The position numbers and the translations under genes are program-made. The notes under the pieces are model-generated. The model saw only the letters and a list, made by a program, of their open reading frames with translations, ran no database searches and was not told the origin of the DNA. A stretch of 64,000 nucleotides of DNA from Scyliorhinus canicula (lineage: Eukaryota). This document shows, in pieces, positions 50,485-61,300 of this stretch. Positions within the stretch are counted from its first letter, which is position 1. The number at the start of each line of letters is the position of its first letter. The DNA lies in contig NC_052147.1 in assembly GCF_902713615.1 (NCBI RefSeq), positions 166,822,410 to 166,886,409 of the forward strand. The letters run 5' to 3'.

Positions 50485-51049
50485 CTTCTATAGGTAAGGA
50501 GATCAAAACTATAAATGCTGAAGAGCCATTTAAATTGACGGATCTGCCCTAAAAATGGCAATGTAGGACTCCATTGGTTCTCCAGCCAATTAGTGAGATC
50601 CTGCTTATTTCCATTAAATTCAACCCCGAATCAAACGCAAGAATTGAATTGGAAATCAGGCCGAAATCGAGGGTCGAGCTGAGCGGTGAACCGACTGCTA
50701 TGCTCTGGCCCCCTGCTGGTGGCGGGATCGGATTTCATGACCAATAGTGGATGCAAATGAGTCCTATTGACCCATTTTGAGCCGCCATTTTGAGTAGGCG
50801 ACCCGACAGCTGAATTCCCTGAGGAATGCCTCGTATTCCCCGCTATCCATAAATTTGCATGGTGAGGGATACCAAATTGCTTCCTGATTTTGGAGCACAA
50901 ATCAGTTCTTCTTTAGGTAAGGGCACCACAACTATAAGTGCCGAAGAGCCATTTAAATTGGCGGACATTCCCTAAGAAAGGCAATGTAGCGCTCCACTGG
51001 TTCTCCAGCCAATTGGTGAGACCCTGCTTATTTCCATTAAATTCAGCCC
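50485..51049. repeat. Diverged ~140-bp direct repeats (50485-50627, 50908-51049) around a motif-rich spacer
   Basis: Both copies share GAAGAGCCATTTAAATTG..GGTTCTCCAGCCAATT..CCTGCTTATTTCCATTAAATTCA. Confidence 0.8.
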
Positions 51050-52217
51050 AACATTTCCTCAGACTTAAATGCTTTTACACAGATCAATCACATCCAAATA
51101 TGAGTGGGCTAGTATACCCTCCGGATGGCAATAACATGACTTGCAGGGTGGAGAGAGGTTATACAGAGCACAACATATGCTGGAAGAGGGAGGTGGATGG
51201 GTAAATCGCTCATTATCTCTGAGGAGGCTCTGTCACTGCACAAATCAAATTTTCAGTATTTACATCAAGGCCGTTATGTTTCTAAGGCCAGGCCACAGGC
51301 CAATGATGGAAATATGTCTGAAAGAACAAAAGAACCTGTAAGCCTCTGTTTATCTTATTAATGGTTGAAACGTTAACCAATTCAACAATCCAGACCAGGA
51401 ATATATGCCCTTTATCCATGTTGGGAAAGGGAGAAATCAGAAACACCTTTCTGTTTACAATGGATGGTGAGAGGAGAAATCAGGGCTGTTTAAATTAAAC
51501 ACTTTCCTGGCTGTAACAATATATTAATCAAATTCAAATTCAAGAGAGTTACAACTTCTGAGGAGTAATCAAGCCTTGGAAATGTAACCTACTCTTCATC
51601 AACAAGTATTCTTGACGCGGGATACAGCTGGCAAAGAATGTCTCTGCGAACCTCTGTTTTTGCTCCCAAAGTGACTATTACCTCATCTTGAATTGTCCTC
51701 TTTGAAACTTTACAATTGGTCAAATTAATTACTGTATTATTTTAATTGCAGTTCAATTACCTGAGCATTTGTTCCAGACAAGAATATAATGGAACCCTAA
51801 CTCTTACTATTCAAACTATCTTGCCATCTGAAACTTGTACATAACCTCATACAAGACTCTATTCATTCTCTGTCTCTGGGGTTTACCTCGGTTAAAGAAG
51901 AATCCTGCCAGTATATCCCATCTGATTATACAGCTGACTTATTCATAAAGTTACTAATGTTTGTTGCGTTATTGGACTTTATGAGGTGAATCAAAAGTTT
52001 AAAATCTCGTTGTTCCCATTATACCCCTTTACAGCAATTGAGATTTATACATATTTTCAAGCAAATTAAACTCACTCTTTCTAATTGCCGAGAGTCTCCA
52101 TTGTGAGTTCTCTCAACTACCGCTGCTAGCGAGGGCAGGGAAGTTGACACTCAGCCAAAACTCCTTCCACTGCAGTGGGACCGGAGAATACCGCTGCCTC
52201 GAATGGACAGAGAATCC

Positions 52218-52627
52218 TGATGTGTTATGTACTCTGGGATAACGCAGGCTCCAACTGGATGCAGCTTTAACCAAAAGATACTCCAGACCTTGAAGTTAGT
52301 TAAATCTGATTTATTGAACCAGTAGCATAGTTAGCACAGTTCTCTATGAGTTCGACTCTCTGCTCACCTAAGTGTGCTTATTCTGACTGAACCAGACTAG
52401 CTCTTAGCCATGTGCTGGAGATGTGAAACTGTACATACACCTTGACTCACTCTGTAGATGTTCATCAGTGGAAAGAGGCAGGGTGTGAGTGCCTCGTGCC
52501 TTTTATAGTGAGATGCCACCCCTGAGTGTCCTGCCTGCTCATTGGTCATGTCCTGTTCTCTGTGTTCATTAGCTGCCTGTCTATGCCTGTCAGTATTTCA
52601 TTATCTGCATGTCTGCGTATCATGACA
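52218..52627 (-). mobile_element. Solo LTR (410 bp) inserted in the end of a Harbinger-like MITE
   Basis: TG..CA termini, 5-bp TSD AATCC (52213-52217, 52628-52632), minus-strand TATAAAA and AATAAA. Confidence 0.75.
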
Positions 52628-52822
52628 AATCCTACCCATGTTTACAATAGGGTAATTATATTAGATGATTTCAACTTTCCTAACATTAATTGGGATCATC
52701 ACCGTGTTAAGGGCTTAGATGGAGTGCAGGTCTTAAAATGTATACATGCTAACTTTTTAGCTCAAAATGAAGAGGGTCCATCAAGGGATGGTACAGTGCT
52801 GGATCTCATTCTGGGGAATGAA

Positions 52823-52997
52823 ATTAAATGAAAATCGCTTATTGTCATGAGTAGGCTTCAATGAAGTTACTGTGAAAAGCCCCTAGTCACCACATTCCGG
52901 CGCCTGTTCGGGGATGTTGGTATGGGAATTGAACTGTGCTGCTGGCCTGGCTTGGTCTGCTTTAAAAGCCAGCGATTTAGCACAGTGAGCTAAACCA
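52823..52997 (-). mobile_element. Short tRNA-derived SINE with (CATTT)n tail (third family)
   Basis: TSD GGAATGAA (52815-52822, 52998-53005); same 3' end as the fragment at 56062-56130. Confidence 0.7.
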
Positions 52998-53416
52998 GGA
53001 ATGAAGCCAGGCATTGTTGATGTTTTGGTGGAGGAACATTTTGATGAAAGCAACAACATGGTACAGTTTAAATGTGTTATGGACAAAGAAATGGACAAGT
53101 TGGAAAAAAAGGTTGGTAATAGGAAGGAGTAAAAGTCCAGAGACATTCAGAATACGATGAGAAGGAAAAGAGAGGCTTTTAGCAAATACAAGAGAGCAAA
53201 TCAATGGAGACATTAGTGGAGAATAGAAAGTGCAGGATGGAGCTTAAGAAAGCACTTATGAGAGCAAAGAGGGTATACGAAGAGTGGGAAAAGTAGGGAA
53301 AATCCCAAGATTTGCTCACCAAGGAAATAGTACGGCCCATTAGGGACCAATGAGGAAATCTGTGGGTGGAGCCAGAGGACATTGATTTAATGTTGAATGA
53401 ACACTTGTGCTACTGT

Positions 53417-53739
53417 GGGCAGCACGGTAGCATAGTGATTAGCACTGTTGCTTCACAGAACCAGGGTCCTCGGTTTGATTCCCCGCTGGGTCACTGTCTA
53501 TGTGGAGTTTGCACGTTCTCCCCATGTCTGCGTGGGTTTCCTCCGGGTGCTTCGGTTTCCTCCCGCAGTCCAAAGACGTGCGGGTTAGGAGGATTAGCCA
53601 TGATAAATTGCCCTTAGTGACCAAAAAAGTTTCGATGGGTTATTGGGTTACGGGCATAGGGTGGAAATGACGGCTTAAGTGGGTCGGTGCAGACTCGATG
53701 GGCCGAATGGCCTCCTTCTGCACTGTATGTTCTATGTTC
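53417..53739 (+). mobile_element. HE1-type V-SINE, full length with CR1-type tail
   Basis: GGGCAGCACGGTAG head, V-domain, TATGTTCTATGTTC tail. Confidence 0.88.
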
Positions 53740-55617
53740 GATGAATACTTCATTTTTGGCTTCAACCAAGAGATTGAGGAGATAGTATAGAAATCAAGCA
53801 GAGAGACTGTATGGCTCTTGAGCAAATTATCAGAGGGAGTAACAAGGTATTGGAGGTGTTGGCAGGCTTAAAAGTGGATAACTCTCCAGGCCTGGATGTA
53901 TCCCAGGATGCTGTGGGAAGCAAGGGAGGAGATTGCAGAGGCTTTGATCCAAATTTTGAATTGTCTGTGGCCTCGGGGGAGGTGCCAGAGGACTGGAGAA
54001 CAGTTAATGTGGTCCAATTATTTAAGAAAGGTTGTAGAGATAAGCTAGGGAACTACAGACCAGTGAGTCTCACATCAGTGGTTGGCAAACTATTGGAGAG
54101 GTTTCTGAAGGAGAGAATCTACCTCCACTTGGAGAGGCAAGGTTCGATCAGGAATAGTCAGCATGGCTTTGGAAGCGGGAGGTCATGCCGAACAAACTCG
54201 ATAACATTTTCTGAGCATGTGACCAGGTGTGTAGATGAGGGGAGTGTTGTTGATGTAATTTATGTGGATTTCAGCAAAGCCTTTGACAAAGTCCCAAATA
54301 AGAGACTTATAAAGAATGCAAATGCATATGGGATACTGGGTAACTTGATAGGGTGGATTCAAAATTGGCTCAGTTGTAGGAGACAGAGGATGATGACAGA
54401 TGACGGTTTTAGTGACTGGAAGTCCGTGTCCAGTGGTGTAACTCAGGGATCTGTGATGGGGCCCCTATTGTTTGCTATTTATCGAAATGACATAGATGAC
54501 TATGTGGGGGTAGGATCAGTAAGTTTACAGATGATGCAAAGATTGGTTGGGTGGTTCACAGTGAGGTTGAGTGTCTTGGGTTACAGGAAGATATAGATGG
54601 TCAAATGGGCAGAAAAGTGGCAGATGGAAAGTGTGAGGCGATAAACTTTGGACGAGTAATTTGACAAGGAAGTATTCAATGAATGGCATGAGAAGTTCCG
54701 AAGAACAAAGGGATCTTGGCGTGTTTTTCCAGGTTAATAGGTTGGTGAAAATGGCATAAGGGACACTTGCCTTTATCAATCGAGGCATAGATTACAAAAG
54801 CAGGGAGTGCTTTTGTTATGCTCTAAGCGTTATTCTCTAAGCGTAGCATAAGCGGCTTCCTTGTGGTACACTTGACAAAGGAAGGTTCAGACATGGAGAT
54901 AACTTCAACACATTTATTAAACTATTTACACTTCTATTACTCGGGTTCAACACTACTGTTAATCCTTCTATAGCTACCCAGACTGACTAACCAGTCTGCT
55001 ACAATCCACGTGGTGGGAGTGATATTGAATCAACCCTGTGTCTGTACTCACTGACTGTCTCCACTGGAAAGAGGCCAATTATGTGTGTGGTGTCCTTTAT
55101 ATATGGGTTGGTGTAATGCCCTCCTGTGGTCGTGTCACCTCTGTGTGTATCGTGAATGCCCACTGGTCGTGTCCTATCTAACTGTTCTATTAGCTGAGTG
55201 TGTGTGTGTGATGTCTCTGGTGCTCCCTCTAGTGTCTAGATAGTCTACATGTATTTACATTAGCCCCTTGTGTATTTACAGTGATGCACATCACCACATC
55301 CCCCTTTTTTATATGTTACATATTTTCTGTACACTTAAAGAAAATTGAACAAAAAAACAGGCAGATAAGTTATGGTATGTACAAGTCAGGAAAACTGTGA
55401 TTCAACAATAAGTACAAATCATTTGTGTGAGTCCAAAAATCATCAATCATCATGGACAAATGTCAATCTTGGTGGGTTGGTGAATATGATGGTGACATGT
55501 TCTTATGAATGCCATCAGTGTCCCTGTGCCACAGGAACCAAGAAGTGGTCAAATCACTTCACTGTCTGATTTGGGGTCCCTTTTATTTCGATGTTTGTGA
55601 TAGTGATGTTGGATGGC

Positions 55618-56283
55618 ATCTTGTAGGTGACAAGTTGTTGACGTTGAAGATGTACCATCAACAGTATCATTGGAGGTCATGTATGTGCCATATGTTGAAG
55701 TTGGATAATTCTGTGCATACTGGTTCTGGCCAAATGCTGTGTAGGAAGGGTGATGCTGATGAGAACTGTTGAAGTTCGACGAATTGGAAACAGAATTGCT
55801 CCTCGCATAAATACCGGGTGAGAGTGTGAAACTAGAACCTTGCATCTGATAGGAATATGCCATTTGGCCAGGCTGGGGTGCAGCAAATCCTGGGCTGTAA
55901 CTAAGGCATCCAGTCTGCAGAGCAGATTGTGCTTGCAGTAGTCCTCCTTCGGTCTTGATTCCATAAGTGGGCAATCCGTAGTGCTGGCCTGTTTGAGAAT
56001 ATGCTGCAAAGAGTGCTGGCTGCTGCATTCCTGAATACTGGGTTTGTCCAGCATAAGCTGTCAGGGGCTTTTCACAATAACTTCATTTGAAGCCTACTTG
56101 TGACAATAAGCGATTTTCATTTCATTTCATTGACTGCACTGCTGGTGTGGAAAGAATGTGTGGGTATGGCTTAGAAGGATATAGCTGTGGTGAATATTGG
56201 TGTATTCCTCTTGGACTGTAGCCACTACTTATTATTACTGACCCAGTGTAATTGTCAAGTGATCCATCTCCTGTCATCGTCGT
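55618..56283 (-). pseudogene. EYA4: Intronless fragment of eyes absent homolog 4 (N-terminal P/S/T/Y-rich transactivation region), interrupted by a 66-bp SINE tail
   Basis: [148 protein letters not shown] matches vertebrate EYA4 as I recall it. The HAD phosphatase domain is absent. Confidence 0.9.
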
Positions 56284-56349
56284 CACCCTGAGCGTGCCGT
56301 CACTGAGTTTGCAGCACTCCCTGTCTGGAGAAAAGTCCGGCTTACGTGA

Positions 56350-57010
56350 ATCAGAGTTGGCGTTTGGTTGCTCTCCACTTGGAGTCTGGTCTGTTTCACC
56401 TGAGTCAGTGTTGGTTTGTCGATGCTCCTCGTATGGAGTCTGGTTTGTGTCACCTGAGTCAGTTGTAGTTTGTCAGTGCTCCCCGTCCGGAGGCATAGCA
56501 GGTTCACTGGAGTCATCTGAGATTTCTTGAAGCTGCACGTCTGGAGTCAGAACATGCAGGAATGCATTGACTTGTGGAAAGGTTCGAGCGAATGAGGTTG
56601 GAAGTAACGTGGTGTCACCGGAGTCACCAGTGGTCTCACAGTGATTGTCGTGTGCCTCTGTACACACTAGCTGAGGTCTGTCACATTGCACATCTTGCAT
56701 GGGAAGTGGGATGCTGTCGTCACTCGTCTCACATACAGTGGATAGAGCCTCATTTCATTTTTCATTTCAGTAGCTTCTTGTTGTTCATTTGGGCTGGGTA
56801 AACTGTCAGAGTCTTCTCCTTGTGGCTCAGATAATGTGGGTGGACCGTCATAGTCGCTTTGTTGTTCATTTGGGCTTGGACTGTCATAATCGCTTTGTTC
56901 TTCACTGGAGCATGATAGACCGTCATGGTCGTCCTGCTGTGCACTGGTGTGTGATAGACTGTCATAGTCTTCTTGCTGTTTACTTGAGCATGGCAAACTT
57001 GCATAGTCTG
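56350..57010 (-). repeat. Coding tandem repeats (~39-bp EQQ.DYD.LP units and 54-bp TDSG.T.QTP..EHRQT units)
   Basis: Visible in ORFs 56667-57323(-) and 56473-56700(-) and in their readthrough. Confidence 0.7.
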
Positions 57011-57153
57011 CTGCTACTTGGTCAGAGGAGGTTGCTAGACCCTCATGGTCTTGTTCCTGCAAGGACTGCGCTTTGGAGACTTGCGTTTCTGCAATCGTGG
57101 AGTCTGTCCACGAGCTCGGTGTGGAGGCCTGTGACACTGGAGTCACTTCTTGT

Positions 57154-57444
57154 TCATGCAAGGACTGCGGTGTGGAGTCTGTTTTCCTCAAAGTATTTAC
57201 CGAATTTATCCAGGACTGCCTGGAAGTTGCTCCTGTTTTGCCTTTTGGAGAACTTGAACGTTTTAAAGATTTCTTCTGCTCTGGCACCGGTGATGGTGAG
57301 CAGAAGCTCTGTCTTTTCAGCATTGGCCATGTCTTGTAGGTCGGCTGCTACCAGGAAGATTTGAAACCTTTTCCGGAATGCCCGCCAGTTTTCGCGGAGA
57401 TCTCCGTGGTACTGGAGCTGCTGCGGAACCGGGATCTCGAACAT
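57154..57444 (-). pseudogene. Gypsy Gag N-terminal fragment
   Basis: VPQQLQYHGDLRENWRAFRKRFQIFLVAADL..KTELLLTITG..AEEIFKTF is homologous to the Gag at 34119-34409; ATG ~80 bp from the 5' LTR end. Confidence 0.82.
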
Positions 57445-58344
57445 CCCGCCTGGGTATTATTGCTGGTTGTCACTGTACGCTGAGTTTTAGCTATATGGAT
57501 TTGAACAGTTCACTCTGGTACCATGTCTTGTTGTGCTCTAAGCGTAGCATAAGCAGCTTCCTTCTGATGCACTTGACAAAGGAAGGTTCAGACGTGGAGA
57601 TAACTTCAACACATTTATTAAACTATTTACACGTCTATTACTCGGGTTCGACACTACTGTTAATCCTTCTATAGCTACTCAGACTGACTAACCAGTCTGC
57701 TACAATCCACGTGGTGGGAGTGATATTGAATCAACCCTGTGTCTGTACTCACTGAGTGTCTCCACTGGAAAGAGGAAGATCATGTGTGTGGTGTCCTTTA
57801 TATATGGGTTGGTGTAATGCCCTCCTGTGGTCGTGTCACCTCTGTGTGTATCGTGAATGCCCATTGGTTGTGCCCTATCTAACTGTTCTATTGGTTGAGT
57901 GTGTGTGTGTGATGTCTCTGGTGCTCCCTCTAGTGTCTAGCTAGTCTACATGTATTTACATTAGCCCCTTGTGTATTTACAGTGATGCACATCACCACAG
58001 GAAGGTCATGTTGGTGTTGCCTAGAACTTTAGTGAGGCCAGAGCTGGAGTACTGTGTGCAATTCTGCTCGCCACACTGTGGGAAGGATGTGATTGCACTG
58101 GAGAGGGGGCAGAGGTGATTCACCAGGATGTTGCCTGGGATGGAACATTTACGTTATGAAGAGAGTTGGGTAGGCTTGAGTTGCTTTCACTGGAACAGAG
58201 AAGACTTTGGGGTGACCTGATCTAGGTTTTCAAGATTGACATGAGTAAGAACTTTTTTAAGCAGGGGTTACTAGGTTTCTGGAATTTGCTTCCCGAATGG
58301 TGGTGGAGGCAGAGATCCTAAACTCTTTAGAAAAGTACCATTCT

Positions 58345-61300
58345 TCCAGCGGAGCAGGCAGAGAGTGGAGCGATTTTTTGAGGGGAGAGATGAAAGGTAA
58401 GCTGAATTTTTGATTTTTAACTTACTTTTCGGAGCAGGAAACCGGAAGTCGGCCGTGGGGAGACCTGGGAAGGTTGTATTACCCAATAAATTTGAACAGT
58501 GAGGAAACCCGAGACACTACACGTGTAGTGTCTCCCACCCTCCCTCCTTCTCTAACCTAAAAAAAAAGACTCAGTGCTGTGAGCAGGTAAGTTATTTACG
58601 GTTTTTTTCTTTTTTGCTGGGAGACTAAGTAGAGGTGATGGCAGCTAGGACAGCGGAATGTTCCTCCTGCAGAATGTTTGAGGTAAGGGAGACCACCGGT
58701 GTCCTTGCTGACTTCACCTGCACGAAGTGCAGCCATCTCCAGCTCCTCACAGACCGTGTTAGGGGCCTGGAGCTGGAGCTCGATGAACTGAGGATCATTC
58801 GGGAAGCTGAGGGAGTGATAGATTGAAGCTCCAGGGACCAAGTTACACCTGAGAACAAAGGTAGCTGGGTAACAGTTAGAGATGGGAGGAGGAGGAAGCA
58901 GTCAGTGCAGGAATTCCCTGTGGTTGTTCCTCTCAACAATAAGTATATCGCTTTGGATACTGTTGGGGGGGGGGGGATTACCCAGCAGGGGTAGGCTGCA
59001 GTGACTGGGTCTCTGGCACGAGGTCCGGCTCTGGGGCTCAGAAGGGAAGGGGGGAGATTAGGAGAGCACTAGTTATAGGGGACTCAATAGTTAGAGGTAC
59101 AGACAGGCTGTTCTGTGGGCACGGGCGTGACTCTCGGATGGTTTGTTGCCTCCCGGGTGCCAGGGTCCATGACATCTCGGATTGTGACTTCAGGATCCTT
59201 AGGGGGGAGGGTGAGCAGCCAGAAGTCGTGGTGCACATTGGTATCAACGACGTAGGTAGGAAAAGGGGTGTGGCTGTAATAAACAAGTTTAGGGAGTTAG
59301 GCTGGAAGTTAAAAGCCAGGACGGACAGAGTTGTCATCTCTGGTTTGTTGCCGGTGCCATGTGATAGCGAGGCTAGGAATAGGGAGAGAGTGCAGTTGAA
59401 CAAGTGGCTGCAGGAATGGTGTAGCAGGGAGTGTTTCAAGTATTTGGATAATTGGAGTGCATTCTGGGGAAAGTGGGACCTGTACAGGCAGGACGGGTTG
59501 CATCTGAACCAGAGGGGCACAAATATCCTAGGAGGGAAGTTTTCTAGTACTCTTTGGGAGGGTTTAAACCAATTTGGCAGGGGAATCGGAACCAGATTCA
59601 TAGTCCAGCAATTAAGGGAGCTGATGTTCAGGACGCCAAAGCATGTAATGAGGCAGTGGGGAAGGTAACACTGACAAAGGAGAGTATTTGCAGGCATGGA
59701 GATGGGTTAAAGTGTGTATACTTCAACGCAAGAAGCATCAGGAATAAGGTGGGTGAACTTAAGGCATGGATCGGTACTTGGGACTACGATGTGGTGGCCA
59801 TCACGGAAACATGGATAGAAGAGGGGCAGAAATGGTTGTTGGAAGTTCCTGGTTATAGATGTTTCAATAAGATTCGGGAGGGTGGTAAAAGAGGTGGGGG
59901 CACTGCTAATTAGAGATAGTATAACAGAAAGGCAGTTTGAGGAGGATCTGCCTAACTGAGGTAGTATGGGTTGAAGTCAGAAATAGGAAAGGAGCAGTCA
60001 CCTTGTTGGGAGTTTTCTATAGATCCCCAATAGCAGCAGAGATGTGGAGGAACAGATTGGGAAACAGATTTTGGCGGTATGGGACAATTGGGCGCGGCCG
60101 TTTTGGCGCGGCCATTTGGACGCAGCCGTTTGGGCGCCATGGGACAATTGGGCGCAGCCAATTTGGCGCGGCCGTTTGGGCGTAGACGACAGAATTTTTT
60201 TTAGTTTTTGTGGCTAGTAAATTGTTGCAAGTAAATTGTTGCAAGATTCAGTATCATTCGAAGGAAGGACTTAAAAGCAAGCTTAAAACTGTAAATTAAA
60301 AGATGAGCTTTAAAAAGTTTTTAAACTAACTTTACTGTAAATTAAAAACCTTAAATTAGTTCATTTAGTTAAAAACCTTAAATTAGTTCATTTAGTTTAG
60401 TTCATTTGGTAATTATGAGCAAGGCTCCTCAAGTACTCGATAGCATCCATGTTTTCAAATTTAAGAACAGTTTCATGTATTCTTTTATCTGCATCTCTAT
60501 ACTTTTTTAGTTTTTGTGGCGGTTCATGGCCGGCTAGTAACCTTTCATAATATGCATCTCTACCTTTCTGTACTTTACGCAGGCCATCAATTAGTTTCCA
60601 TATGGTGGGATGATGTATGCCAAGTTCGTATTTCAATCGACGGTGGGCTGCCTCCGCATTATTGTTTGTGCGGTCTTCCTCGTTTAATGTTCTCTGACAA
60701 AGGTTCCAAATCTCAGGGCGAAATAAAGGTGTTCGTCTACCATTTCCAACGAAACACTTGTGACAGCGGACCCGCACCAGCAGCCAATTCAACTGAGGCT
60801 AATTTACAAATAAAGAAATGTTATTATGGCCAAAACGTCCGGCGCCAAAACGTCCGGCGCCAACACGGCTGGCGCCAAAACGGCTGGCGCCAAAACGGCC
60901 GCGCCACAACGGCCGCGCCCAAATGGCTGCGCCAAAACTTACCTAACCCGATTTTGGAAAGGTGCAGAAGTCACAGGGTAGTATTCATGAGGGACTTCAA
61001 CTTCCCAAATATTGAGTGGGAACTCTTTAGATCAAATAGTTTGGATGGGATGGTGTTTATGCAGTGTGTCCAGGAAGCTTTTCTAACACAGTATGTAGAT
61101 TGTCCGACAAGAGGGGAGGCCATATTGGATTTGGTACTTGGCAATGAACCAGGGCAAGTGATAGATTTGTTAGTGGGGGAGCATTTTGGAGATAGTGACC
61201 ACCATTCTGCGACTTTCACTTTAGTAATGGAGAGGGATAGGTGCGTGCAACAGGGCAATGTTTACAATCGGGGGAAGGGTAAATACGATGCTGTCAGACA

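Larger units (their letters stand above)
54808..57999 (-). mobile_element. Non-autonomous Gypsy-type LTR retrotransposon carrying a captured EYA4 cDNA segment
   Basis: Highly similar LTRs at 57524-57999 (5') and 54808-55298 (3') with TG..CA ends. PBS TGGTACCAGAG at 57523-57513, PPT at 55299-55311, TSD GGGAG/GGAAG in the host CR1. No RT or integrase core. Confidence 0.92.
52640..58345 (+). mobile_element. Old CR1 LINE, interrupted by two SINEs and the EYA4-bearing LTR element
   Basis: DDFNFPNINW, NYRPVSLTS, DFSKAFDKV and GVTQGSVMGP motifs; resumes at 58000 (VRP.LEYCVQF). Confidence 0.85.

Noticed and set aside
51050-52080. Apparently unique AT-rich stretch as a possible exon or fourth crystallin
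   Set aside because: No Greek-key coding, convincing ORF or splice pattern found.
55618-56283. The true eya4 locus, or a functional link between EYA4 and the adjacent lens crystallin cluster
   Set aside because: The segment is intronless, partial, disrupted and enclosed in LTRs inside a CR1. Proximity to eye genes is most simply chance insertion; nothing in the sequence supports a link.
60828-60940. Regular 15-bp repeats resembling a CRISPR or iteron array
   Set aside because: No unique spacers; mirrored at 60090-60182 as subterminal repeats of a DNA transposon; eukaryotic context.
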